DNA from: Candidatus Methanoperedens sp. | GTDB taxonomy: Archaea; Halobacteriota; Methanosarcinia; Methanosarcinales; Methanoperedenaceae | Assembly: GCA_041494705.1 (NCBI GenBank) | Contig: JBGQBI010000006.1 | Coordinates: 30,001-62,000, forward strand | DNA: 32,000 nt | Reading direction: 5' to 3' | Shown: piece after piece, positions 1 through 7,099 of the stretch | Layout of the letters: the number at the start of each line of letters is the position of its first letter | Numbering within the stretch: position 1 is the stretch's first letter | Position numbers and translations under genes: made by a program | The notes under the pieces: generated by a model | Seen by the model: the letters and a program-made list of their open reading frames with translations, nothing else | Database searches by the model: none | What the model was told of the DNA's origin: nothing

Positions 1-438
1 GGCTTCCGCTCCTTTTAACTTCGCGTCTTCTTCGGTTGTTACAACAGACTTGAAGGTGACTGACAGTTCCGCTCTTACAGGTATCCCGCTCGGGAGAAAC
101 AGTGTGAACTTCTGGTCATGTTTATATATGATTCCCTTGTAAGTGAATTTTCCCCAGCTAAACAGGCATATGTGGGGTTTTTTTGTTTGTTTTCCCTCAA
201 CAGTAGGCATAACGAGTGAGGTTATCTTTTCGATTTTCTCCCTGACATCAGTTTGCTTTTCGTAAGTATCGAAGAGCAGCGTAACAGTGAAATCCGATAG
301 ATTTACCTTATTGAAACTCAGCGATGACCCTTCACCGGTTGTCTGTGCAAGTGTCGAGACGGTATATTCCTTCGGATTAAACATCACTTCAATAGTTTCA
401 TTCGTATCGAGTACGGTTATTTGCGCCTTTGAAACCAT
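1..438 (-). CDS. eCIS tube-initiator / baseplate-hub protein, N-terminal tube-like domain (Afp7/Pvc7 position, often LysM-linked). Only the 5' part is present; the gene continues past the window start.
   Basis: Absent from the ORF track because it is open-ended; I translated it by hand. The ATG at 438-436 shares one nt with the TGA of the upstream gene (TGATG), which suggests translational coupling. There are 146 codons with no stop: MVSKAQITVLDTNETIEVMFNPKEYTVSTLAQTTGEGSSLSFNKVNLSDFTVTLLFDTYEKQTDVREKIEKITSLVMPTVEGKQTKKPHICLFSWGKFTYKGIIYKHDQKFTLFLPSGIPVRAELSVTFKSVVTTEEDAKLKGAEA. From memory, the pattern (FNPxEY ... LxFDTY ... DVR ... WG.F.y.G.I ... F...G.PvRA.l.v.F) matches the tube-like N-domain of CIS LysM proteins. 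Its position directly after the tape-measure-position gene also fits. Confidence 0.6.
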   Translation of the reverse strand, partial: MVSKAQITVLDTNETIEVMFNPKEYTVSTLAQTTGEGSSLSFNKVNLSDFTVTLLFDTYEKQTDVREKIEKITSLVMPTVEGKQTKKPHICLFSWGKFTYKGIIYKHDQKFTLFLPSGIPVRAELSVTFKSVVTTEEDAKLKGAEA

Positions 439-2573
439 CAGGATAACCCCCTTCTGTCTTTTTCTATCGAGATTCTTTTCTCAATCATCTTGTAAACGGT
501 ATCGGCAATCCTGTTGATCTCATGGAACGGTTTTTCTCTGAAGGATTCCCTGATAAAAGTATCGTTTATATTCGGGGGAGCTGTTTTTCCTGCCTGTTCC
601 TTGTTTTCCGGAATAATTTCTGTTTTTTGCACCACCGGTTTTTTAAGAATCAGTTCCAGAGAGGAGTTATAGGCAAGCTCGCCGGTTGAAACCTCCATTG
701 GTGTTTTCATGTCATTGGGAATACCGTATTTCAAATCGATACCATTCCGGGGAAAAACCAGGTCAGAAAATTGGTCTTCAGCCGGTTTCAATATTATCCC
801 TCCACGATGTGCGCGGATTGTATTTTTTCTTCCTGTCTTTTCATATTCCCTGATAATATTTTCATAGCGTGTATTCACGATAGTTCTGTTTTGCAAGACT
901 GATTCTGTGCCTTTTTCCGTCATGTCCCGAATACCTGCCGGAGTCCCATCCGCTTTTATGTGCGATGGCTCCCCGGATTGGTTTTCATTATTTGAAGGCT
1001 GTGCTGCAGGGACAAAATGATGAATGCCCCGGTTACTTTTTGAGAGTATGTTCCCGATATTGGGCGTTCTTTTTAAATTGCTAAAATTTACAGTATTTGA
1101 AGGATTCAAGACCATTTTTAAAGGCCGACTTATCAGATGCGAACCGGGGAGGTTTTTGTAGCTTGTTTCAGTTTCAGTCATGCTCCGGTATAAGGCATTT
1201 TTGGCCTCTGGATGACCGCTCGTTCTTGAAAGCGCCGGTTCTAAAAATCCCCCTTCTTTAATAAAATTCCTTAATCCCGATACAGGAGCCTGGATAATCC
1301 TGTGTTGTGAACCCGTCTCGATATCGGGAGGTCTTTTTAAATAACCCCTCATCCCGGCGTTTGAATATATGTTTGAGTATATCAAAGTCATATTCGCGGG
1401 CCGGGTTATTAAATGCGAGCCGGTGAATAAAAGGTTCCCTCCAGTCCCGCTTTCCTGAGGATTATTTTCATAGCTTATGTCCGCTGCCGCCCCGTTTTGC
1501 GAATATAATGGCTTTGCTGATACCGCATCTTTCCCGGCCGAATGGGAGTTCATTATTTTTGCGGGAAAAGAATGCCTTTCTTCGGGCTGCTTGCCAGATG
1601 CAAAAGGATAACCGGTTTGATAGCGCCGTGAACCGAAAATCCAGGCGTTCTGCAATCTTTGCAAATGGCTTATAGTCACATTCGCAGAATACGTGACCAT
1701 TCTAATTGGCCGGATAATCGAATATGAACGGGTGAGTAAAAAATTCTTTCCTGCATTGCCGGACTCCCCTGTATTATATTCATAATCTATATTCGATACT
1801 GTGATTTCCTTCTGGAAAGCATTTGTGCCTTCCGATGGTTTCACATTCATTATTGCGCGTGGCGATGCCGAAGAAACTTCTTCATGAGAAGCCTTTATTC
1901 CGGATGGTATAGGTTCGATTATTTTTTTATCGTCCTGAGCAGGGTAGGAAGAAGAAAGCTGCTTATGTGTGAATATCCGGTCACTCTGATTCGTTGCGGA
2001 ATTGTTGAAAAATGTTAAGCCATTTCGTTGCTGAGAATCATTTACCACGTCTCCGGACTGACCGATATGCAACCGGGGAATGGGTTTCCTCTTGAAATCC
2101 AAGCCTCGCCATGATTGCCCGAAAAAGCCGGAGACTTTCGGGGGTGCGAATGGTATATGCGGAAGAACACCGATGGCGGTTTTTTCCGATGTTTTCGTAG
2201 CCTGGCCGAGTCGTTTATCCGTCTGCGGTAAATACCCCTCGTTCTTACTATTTATAAAGTTGTATAGTTTCTGAAGATAGTAATTATCCGGTGTTTTTAT
2301 CAACTGCCTGATGAATTCAAAATAAAAGCCGAACTGGAATTTCAGGTAATTGCTAATTGATACTCTATGTGCGGAATTTTTATTCTTTGCCCCCGCACCT
2401 GATAATCTCAGGAATATCAGTGAAGGCAGCCTGCCTGATTTTCTAAAGATGCCGTATTTGCCTGCTATCCGCCTGGAAAAATTAAAACCGCCAAGTCCCG
2501 GAGCCCGGGCTGATAGTTCATTCTGCAAAAGACGTGATTTCATATCAAATTTCATGTTTTTAGATTTGTCCAT
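438..2573 (-). CDS. eCIS tape-measure-position protein (Afp14-like role inferred from position), 711 aa, with internal periodic repeats
   Basis: Long ORF with an ATG at 2573 preceded by GAGGA. It lies between the second tube paralog and the tube-initiator gene, which is where tail-length determinants sit in phage and eCIS operons. It is low in Cys and rich in Ser/Asn/Pro/Gly, with four quasi-repeats about 100 aa apart. I recognised no domain, so the function is positional inference. Confidence 0.55.
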   Translation of the reverse strand: MDKSKNMKFDMKSRLLQNELSARAPGLGGFNFSRRIAGKYGIFRKSGRLPSLIFLRLSGAGAKNKNSAHRVSISNYLKFQFGFYFEFIRQLIKTPDNYYLQKLYNFINSKNEGYLPQTDKRLGQATKTSEKTAIGVLPHIPFAPPKVSGFFGQSWRGLDFKRKPIPRLHIGQSGDVVNDSQQRNGLTFFNNSATNQSDRIFTHKQLSSSYPAQDDKKIIEPIPSGIKASHEEVSSASPRAIMNVKPSEGTNAFQKEITVSNIDYEYNTGESGNAGKNFLLTRSYSIIRPIRMVTYSANVTISHLQRLQNAWIFGSRRYQTGYPFASGKQPEERHSFPAKIMNSHSAGKDAVSAKPLYSQNGAAADISYENNPQESGTGGNLLFTGSHLITRPANMTLIYSNIYSNAGMRGYLKRPPDIETGSQHRIIQAPVSGLRNFIKEGGFLEPALSRTSGHPEAKNALYRSMTETETSYKNLPGSHLISRPLKMVLNPSNTVNFSNLKRTPNIGNILSKSNRGIHHFVPAAQPSNNENQSGEPSHIKADGTPAGIRDMTEKGTESVLQNRTIVNTRYENIIREYEKTGRKNTIRAHRGGIILKPAEDQFSDLVFPRNGIDLKYGIPNDMKTPMEVSTGELAYNSSLELILKKPVVQKTEIIPENKEQAGKTAPPNINDTFIRESFREKPFHEINRIADTVYKMIEKRISIEKDRRGLS
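1113..1790 (-). repeat. Intragenic protein-level repeats in the 711-aa protein, with a period of about 98-104 aa
   Basis: aa 262-293 IDYEYNTGESGNAGKNFLLTRSYSIIRPIRMV; aa 365-396 DISYENNPQESGTGGNLLFTGSHLITRPANMT; aa 469-487 ETSYKNLPGSHLISRPLKMV; and a weaker fourth copy at aa 567-597, NTRYENIIREYEKTGRKNTIRAHRGGIILKP (DNA ~783-875, outside the stated span). The shared core is [ST/R]Y-E/K-N ... G/R-S-H/Y-L/S-I-x-RP-x-x-M. Confidence 0.6.
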
Positions 2574-2595
2574 ACAGTAACTTCCGCGTCCTCAA

Positions 2596-3021
2596 TTAGA
2601 CCACGCCATGGTGGGTCAGTACAATGGTTTCACTTGCAACAGTATTGCTTGTCGAATTGAATGAGGACACATCCCACTTTACGGGATACGCTTCAAAGAA
2701 ATACCAGTCCATTACCTGATTTCCTTCGTGGTCAAGAAGGTAAATAGCGCCGCTTTTCCGGCTGATTATCCCATTTATGACGTCTTTGTACCAGTTGTAC
2801 AGCTCCCAATCGGTAAGCCCGCGTTTTAAGGTAATATCAGTGTATTTCGTACCTCTGGGGAGCTTATACTCGAAATCATTGACTCCGCCTTCCCGTATGG
2901 AATCGACTTCTGTCTGGATGCTCAAGCCGGAAACGTCTGTAAATCCCCCTGCGATTATACCTTCAATTTCTACCAGAAACCGAAAGGCGCTATAAGGGTC
3001 TTCTCGTTTTCCAACAACCAT
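2596..3021 (-). CDS. eCIS inner tube protein paralog 2 (T4 gp19-like tail tube family; Afp5-like position)
   Basis: The N-terminus MVVGKREDPYSAFRFLVEIEGIIAGGFTDVSGL carries the DPyxxFrFxVEIdG tail-tube signature. The C-terminus reads ...SETIVLTHHGV. It is 141 aa, paralogous to 3604..4047, and has GGAG 8 nt upstream of the ATG. Confidence 0.85.
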   Translation of the reverse strand: MVVGKREDPYSAFRFLVEIEGIIAGGFTDVSGLSIQTEVDSIREGGVNDFEYKLPRGTKYTDITLKRGLTDWELYNWYKDVINGIISRKSGAIYLLDHEGNQVMDWYFFEAYPVKWDVSSFNSTSNTVASETIVLTHHGVV

Positions 3022-3029
3022 TGCCGCTC

Positions 3030-3212
3030 CTATACTTCGAACATATTCCTTGGTTCTTCTCCGTTAAGTTTCTCATTTATTTTACTTACCTCCTCGCACC
3101 ACTGCTGCCGCTCCCTATGCTCCATGTTCATTATCGTATCATGGTCCCAGTGAAAGTGGTAAGCCAGAAAGGCTACCTCCTCGTAGAGGCGCTCGTGGGG
3201 GTAGCCTGTTAT
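3030..3212 (-). CDS. Small conserved-looking eCIS ORF (60 codons) with no AUG/GUG/UUG start. It is either AUA-initiated/reinitiated or the -1 frameshift extension of the upstream gene.
   Basis: Absent from the ORF track. Hand translation of the -1 frame relative to 3209..3577 gives (I)TGYPHERLYEEVAFLAYHFHWDHDTIMNMEHRERQQWCEEVSKINEKLNGEEPRNMFEV*, with a TAG at 3032-3030. It exactly fills an otherwise 187-nt gap in a tightly packed operon and ends 8 nt before the next ATG. The frame is open from a TGA located 8 codons upstream of the G5 run. The first canonical start is the internal ATG at codon 28. Confidence 0.5.
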   Translation of the reverse strand: MTGYPHERLYEEVAFLAYHFHWDHDTIMNMEHRERQQWCEEVSKINEKLNGEEPRNMFEV

Positions 3213-3577
3213 TCCCCCAGGGATTGCACCTCTACATCGAATTTGTGCTCACACTTCGGACAGACCGTCTTGATCACATTCGAACCATTCTGGTTGATTC
3301 TCGTATACATCTCCTGTAGATATGCGAAATCCCCGGCAAAGAGTCCCTCAATAACCCTGGGGTTTACCATCTTCAAACTCCCGAGGCTCGTAACGACCCT
3401 GGAGAGAAGGATGACGGTCAAATACGCCGGGTTATTCTGCACCCTCGGGTCTTTCATGGGCAGTATCTCATCAGCAGCAGTGGCCAGCCTCATCTTGCCG
3501 TCCCTGTGAAGAGTTCCTGCCTCATCCACATATCCCATGGGCAAAGTAAAATCGTGTTCTGTCTGTAAAATTCCCAT
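3209..3577 (-). CDS. eCIS-associated protein at the tail-assembly-chaperone position, with a C-terminal zinc-ribbon-like CPKC...H motif
   Basis: 122 aa, MGILQTEHDFTLPMGYVDEAGTLHRDGKMRLATAADEI...VCPKCEHKFDVEVQSLGE. It lies between the tube gene and the tape-measure-position gene. The ATG at 3577 is preceded by GGAAG. The function is positional inference. Confidence 0.6.
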   Translation of the reverse strand: MGILQTEHDFTLPMGYVDEAGTLHRDGKMRLATAADEILPMKDPRVQNNPAYLTVILLSRVVTSLGSLKMVNPRVIEGLFAGDFAYLQEMYTRINQNGSNVIKTVCPKCEHKFDVEVQSLGE

Positions 3578-3603
3578 TTCGCTTCCTTCTTTGCTAATCC
3601 ATA

Positions 3604-4047
3604 TTACTTCGTCCTCTTTATCCCTTCATGCACAAGCTCAAGTGTCTCTATGACCACTTCGTTCGCCTTTGCGCTAAAACCCGACGGGCTATACTTTGTG
3701 GGCCATGCCTCCATAATATCCCATCGCGCCTTATCATTTCCTTCCTCATCGATCAATATCAGGGAAATATTCTTTCTTGCCTTGGTTGCCCCGGCATCTT
3801 CAACAGACTTTCTCCACTGATAAATCTCCACCGAGTCCGTGAGCCCTTTCTTCAGGGTTATATTCCCGTACTTGGTGAGACCCGAAAGTTTTTTCTGGAA
3901 AGGTAAATCGGTTCCTTCCCTGTAATCAACCGAGTCTGTGGTAGTGTCCGGGATTGTGGCTTCTGCAAAACTTGCCGTTTGGATTCCATCTATCTCGACC
4001 CTGAACCTGAAATTCCTGTACGGATCGGTTCTTGCTCCTGTTGCCAT
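3604..4047 (-). CDS. eCIS inner tube protein paralog 1 (T4 gp19-like tail tube family; Afp1-like)
   Basis: MATGARTDPYRNFRFRVEIDGIQTASFAEATIPD...ITLKKGLTD...LELVHEGIKR. This is the classic tail-tube signature. It is 147 aa, lies immediately downstream of the sheath gene, and has an AAGGAGG RBS. Confidence 0.9.
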   Translation of the reverse strand: MATGARTDPYRNFRFRVEIDGIQTASFAEATIPDTTTDSVDYREGTDLPFQKKLSGLTKYGNITLKKGLTDSVEIYQWRKSVEDAGATKARKNISLILIDEEGNDKARWDIMEAWPTKYSPSGFSAKANEVVIETLELVHEGIKRTK

Positions 4048-4075
4048 ATTATTTTCCTCCTTAATTATTTTTCAT

Positions 4076-5578
4076 TTATTTTGACAATGTCTTCTGCTGT
4101 ATCCTGATTATTACGAACTCTGCAGGTTTTACCGGCGCTACGCCGACCTCGACAATCAACTGCCCTGCATCTCTTACTTCCGGCGGATTATTCTCGGCAT
4201 CGACCTTTACATAGAATGCTTCTTCCGGTGTGCTTCCGAACAATGCGCCGTCTCTCCATACCCTCAGCAGAAATGCCGTTATATTCCTGATTACCGAGCC
4301 CCACAGCGCGGGCGAGTTCGGCTCAAATACGACCCACTGTGTGCCCTTGTCAATGGATTTCTCAAGGAAGAGGAACAGCCTTCTGATGTTAATGTATTTC
4401 CATTCCGCGTCGGCAGAGAGCGTTCTTGCTCCCCATACCACGATGCCTGACGATGGGAATGAACGGATGACATCTATCCCTATGGGATTTAATCCATCAT
4501 GTTCGCTCTTTGTTATGATCCTTTCAATACCGCTCACCGAATCAAGATAACCGTCAGAAATGCCTGCTGGCGCCTTATGGACTCCCCTTACCGAATCTGT
4601 GTGGGCATATGTTCCGGCGATTGCACCGGATGGAGGGACAGATTTTTTCTGTTTCGGGTTCAGAGGATCGCTTACAATAACCCATGGATAGTATAGAGCG
4701 CCAAATGAGGAATTAAAGGCATTTCCTGCATAAGTACCGGTTCCCTCTTTAAAGGCTTTAACTGCAGTCGGATCCAGGCTTATGGGCGGGTCGGCAATAA
4801 AGAAGCAGTCTTTCCTGTTCTGGCAGTAATTAAGTCCTTTTAAGATTGCATCTCTATTTCCGCTCATATCTGGCATAGCGACGATATTGATGTCGTCAAC
4901 CACATCGAACGCGTGAAGACCGTTCAGGGCTTTTCCATCGCCTTCAAAATCGGTTGCCGCAATACTCGTGAGACCATTATTGCCGGAAGTCAGGGTCACA
5001 GGCGTATCCTTCTTGGGAGCATTTGCTCCTTGTTTCACCACTTTGATATACGCCGATACATTATCTATTGCATCTTCAACAGTTCCAATTGTCAAATTGT
5101 CGTATGACTCTTTTTCATCACTGTTATATTTGACGACCAGCTTGAATCCATTTGTCAGTGTTGCATCAGATGCGGCTTTTGCCTCTACGGATATTTTATC
5201 CCCCCAGATACCCTCCGAAGCTGCCGTGACTTTTATCGAGGCGGCGGCAGCATCATCATTCATGGTTCCTGTTGAAGCTACAGCCGTCTTTGTCGTCGGG
5301 TCTGTTATAGTGGTGTAATGGCATGTCCTGACCACAAAACATCTTGTTCCTCCTTCCGAAAAGAACTGATATACAGAGTATGCAAGATACCCGTTGGCAA
5401 TATAGCCTCCGAATGTATTTATAAACTGTGTCCAGTTCGCTATCTGCTTTGCCTCTCCTATCGGTCCTCTCTCGGCAATCCCTACAAACGCCCCTGTCGA
5501 AGTGCCGACACCTTCTATCGGCTTTACCCCTGAGGATTTTTCTTCAACATATACCCCAGGTGATAGATATTCAGTCAT
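4076..5578 (-). CDS. eCIS / phage-tail-like contractile sheath protein
   Basis: The N-terminus MTEYLSPGVYVEEKSSGVKPIEGVGTSTGAFVGIAERGP is the canonical tail-sheath start. The C-terminal region reads ...GIDVIRSFPSSGIVVWGARTLS...WKYINIRRLFLFLEKSI...FEPN. It is 500 aa with an AGGAGG RBS. Confidence 0.95.
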   Translation of the reverse strand: MTEYLSPGVYVEEKSSGVKPIEGVGTSTGAFVGIAERGPIGEAKQIANWTQFINTFGGYIANGYLAYSVYQFFSEGGTRCFVVRTCHYTTITDPTTKTAVASTGTMNDDAAAASIKVTAASEGIWGDKISVEAKAASDATLTNGFKLVVKYNSDEKESYDNLTIGTVEDAIDNVSAYIKVVKQGANAPKKDTPVTLTSGNNGLTSIAATDFEGDGKALNGLHAFDVVDDINIVAMPDMSGNRDAILKGLNYCQNRKDCFFIADPPISLDPTAVKAFKEGTGTYAGNAFNSSFGALYYPWVIVSDPLNPKQKKSVPPSGAIAGTYAHTDSVRGVHKAPAGISDGYLDSVSGIERIITKSEHDGLNPIGIDVIRSFPSSGIVVWGARTLSADAEWKYINIRRLFLFLEKSIDKGTQWVVFEPNSPALWGSVIRNITAFLLRVWRDGALFGSTPEEAFYVKVDAENNPPEVRDAGQLIVEVGVAPVKPAEFVIIRIQQKTLSK

Positions 5579-5604
5579 ATTATACCTCCTTTATTTAATT
5601 TAGA

Positions 5605-5832
5605 TTATTTTCCTTTTCGTACATAGCTGGTCTTCTTCGATTCTTCCTTTTCAGCCGCTTCTTCCTTCTGGCTGAGGACAATCCCGCCTTTTGAAAGAAG
5701 GGTTTGCAGATGCGATGACGATAATTCCTCATCTGTAACATCCGCTGTATCTTTTGCTAAAAGGTCAATATTTTTACCACTATTCAAATTAATTATAATT
5801 CTCTGATTGAGTTTATTTCGTATTACTGGCAT
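5605..5832 (-). CDS. Small hypothetical protein (75 aa) upstream of the sheath gene
   Basis: The ORF-track entry runs 5605..5874. I prefer the ATG at 5832 (MPVIRNKLNQRIIINLNSGKNIDLLAKD...) because GGGAGG lies 5 nt upstream of it. It has an acidic/Lys-rich tail and no domain I recognise. Confidence 0.5.
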   Translation of the reverse strand: MPVIRNKLNQRIIINLNSGKNIDLLAKDTADVTDEELSSSHLQTLLSKGGIVLSQKEEAAEKEESKKTSYVRKGK

Positions 5833-5963
5833 AAACCTCCCGTCTAAAATCTTCAACTCGATACAAATTTTCAATAATTATTCTGCACTATCTTATTTTT
5901 GAAATACCTCCCCTGATTTTTCAGGTTCAGTTAGTTTTGAATCTAAAGTTTAACACCTCCATC

Positions 5964-6530
5964 CTACAGTCTGGTTAGCATTATCGGATCGATAATACGT
6001 GTCACTACACCCTTTTTTAACAGAACGGGAACATTCCCGATTATATATCCATTTTTATTAATAGTTAGTGTTATATTTATATCACTATCTATGGTAAACC
6101 GGATGAAAAAACCACCGTCATCTTCCGAAGTTGCGCTCTGTGTCATGGTTGTGACGGTTATGGCGGCATTGGCAATCGGCCTGTAGTCCTTCTCGGCAAT
6201 CCTTCCCAGAAGGACTGTAATCCCGCCGGGAAAGGGGTAATTGGATTTCGGGGTCAGCGCCAACTCTGCAAAAGGCTGTTTTGGGTCAATCGATGTGGTA
6301 TCAATGGTCAAATTCCCTGGTTTGTAAAAATGACCGCCGCCTGTAAGGACATGCTCCCCTTCGGGAAGGTCTATCAAAAGGAAATAGCCTGTGCCGTGTT
6401 GAATAATTTTTTTCTTTACACCTGTGGCTTTTAAGAACACGTCTCCGATAGTCTTTTTATCCGGGGAAAGGTCGTCTTTCAGCATTACTGCAAGACCCAG
6501 GACCGACTTTGTTCTTTCAAGAAAGGTCAT
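5964..6530 (-). CDS. Hypothetical protein with a carboxypeptidase-regulatory-like beta-sandwich segment
   Basis: 188 aa. The segment ...GRIAEKDYRPIANAAITVTTMTQSATSEDDGGFFIRF... resembles CarboxypepD_reg-type motifs, which is a recall-level match only. Its ATG overlaps the stop of the DUF4255 gene (ATGA at 6527-6530). Confidence 0.5.
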   Translation of the reverse strand: MTFLERTKSVLGLAVMLKDDLSPDKKTIGDVFLKATGVKKKIIQHGTGYFLLIDLPEGEHVLTGGGHFYKPGNLTIDTTSIDPKQPFAELALTPKSNYPFPGGITVLLGRIAEKDYRPIANAAITVTTMTQSATSEDDGGFFIRFTIDSDINITLTINKNGYIIGNVPVLLKKGVVTRIIDPIMLTRL

Positions 6531-7099
6531 GTACCGGCATCCATCCTGTATACGTCAATATCTCTTTCCATAACTCTTTTAATCACAGCGGGCGGCTTTC
6601 CGGACGGGACCCTTACAGGGCTCAGGATGTAGGAAGCCGAAAGCTTGAATGGCTTGCTGGGAAATCTCTCCCAGAGCTTGTTTATTTCATCAAACGTAAA
6701 GTTGGTGGGAACAACCCGTATCTCCTTATTTCCGGCTTCTATCAGCCCTCCTTTAAGCATATCTCCCTTGAGTACGGAATTATCATAGAACACCTGCATG
6801 AGCTTTTCAATGATTATCAGTTCGGTTTCTTTGACTTTCGCGTAAGGAGTAAAGATAAAGTGTAAATCAAGAATAAGCGGTGGATATCGCATCTTGTCGG
6901 TATCGATAGGCTCCGATGAGGTATTCTTTAAATAGCCATTCTCAATGATTTGATATAAGAAGACAGAAAGCATCGGATTTCCCGTCGGTTCGATCTCTGC
7001 GGGTGAATCAAAGACTATCGAATTGACAGGCTTGAGTTCTGTGATGTTGTCCTGGAGGAGCGCTTTTAAGGAGTCTCCGATATCTTTTAAAATCGCCAT
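6527..7099 (-). CDS. DUF4255-type eCIS tail terminator/cap protein (Afp16/Pvc16-like)
   Basis: MAILKDIGDSLKALLQDNITEL...SIVFDSP...MLSVFLYQIIENGYLKN...PPLILDLHFIFTPYA. This follows the Pvc16 N-terminal (DUF4255) pattern. It abuts the ATPase stop (TAAATG) and is 190 aa. Confidence 0.8.
   Translation of the reverse strand: MAILKDIGDSLKALLQDNITELKPVNSIVFDSPAEIEPTGNPMLSVFLYQIIENGYLKNTSSEPIDTDKMRYPPLILDLHFIFTPYAKVKETELIIIEKLMQVFYDNSVLKGDMLKGGLIEAGNKEIRVVPTNFTFDEINKLWERFPSKPFKLSASYILSPVRVPSGKPPAVIKRVMERDIDVYRMDAGT

Noticed and set aside
3021-3509. A 162-aa plus-strand ORF antisense to the chaperone-position gene and the hidden small ORF
   Set aside because: Its translation is hydrophobic and low in complexity (…FLIYFTYLLAPLLPLPMLHVHY…), and it has no RBS context. 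It lies antisense within a tightly coupled minus-strand operon, so I treat it as a shadow ORF.
4230-5533. Multiple 60-116-aa ORFs overlapping the sheath gene on both strands
   Set aside because: These are shadow ORFs inside a very well supported 500-aa sheath CDS.
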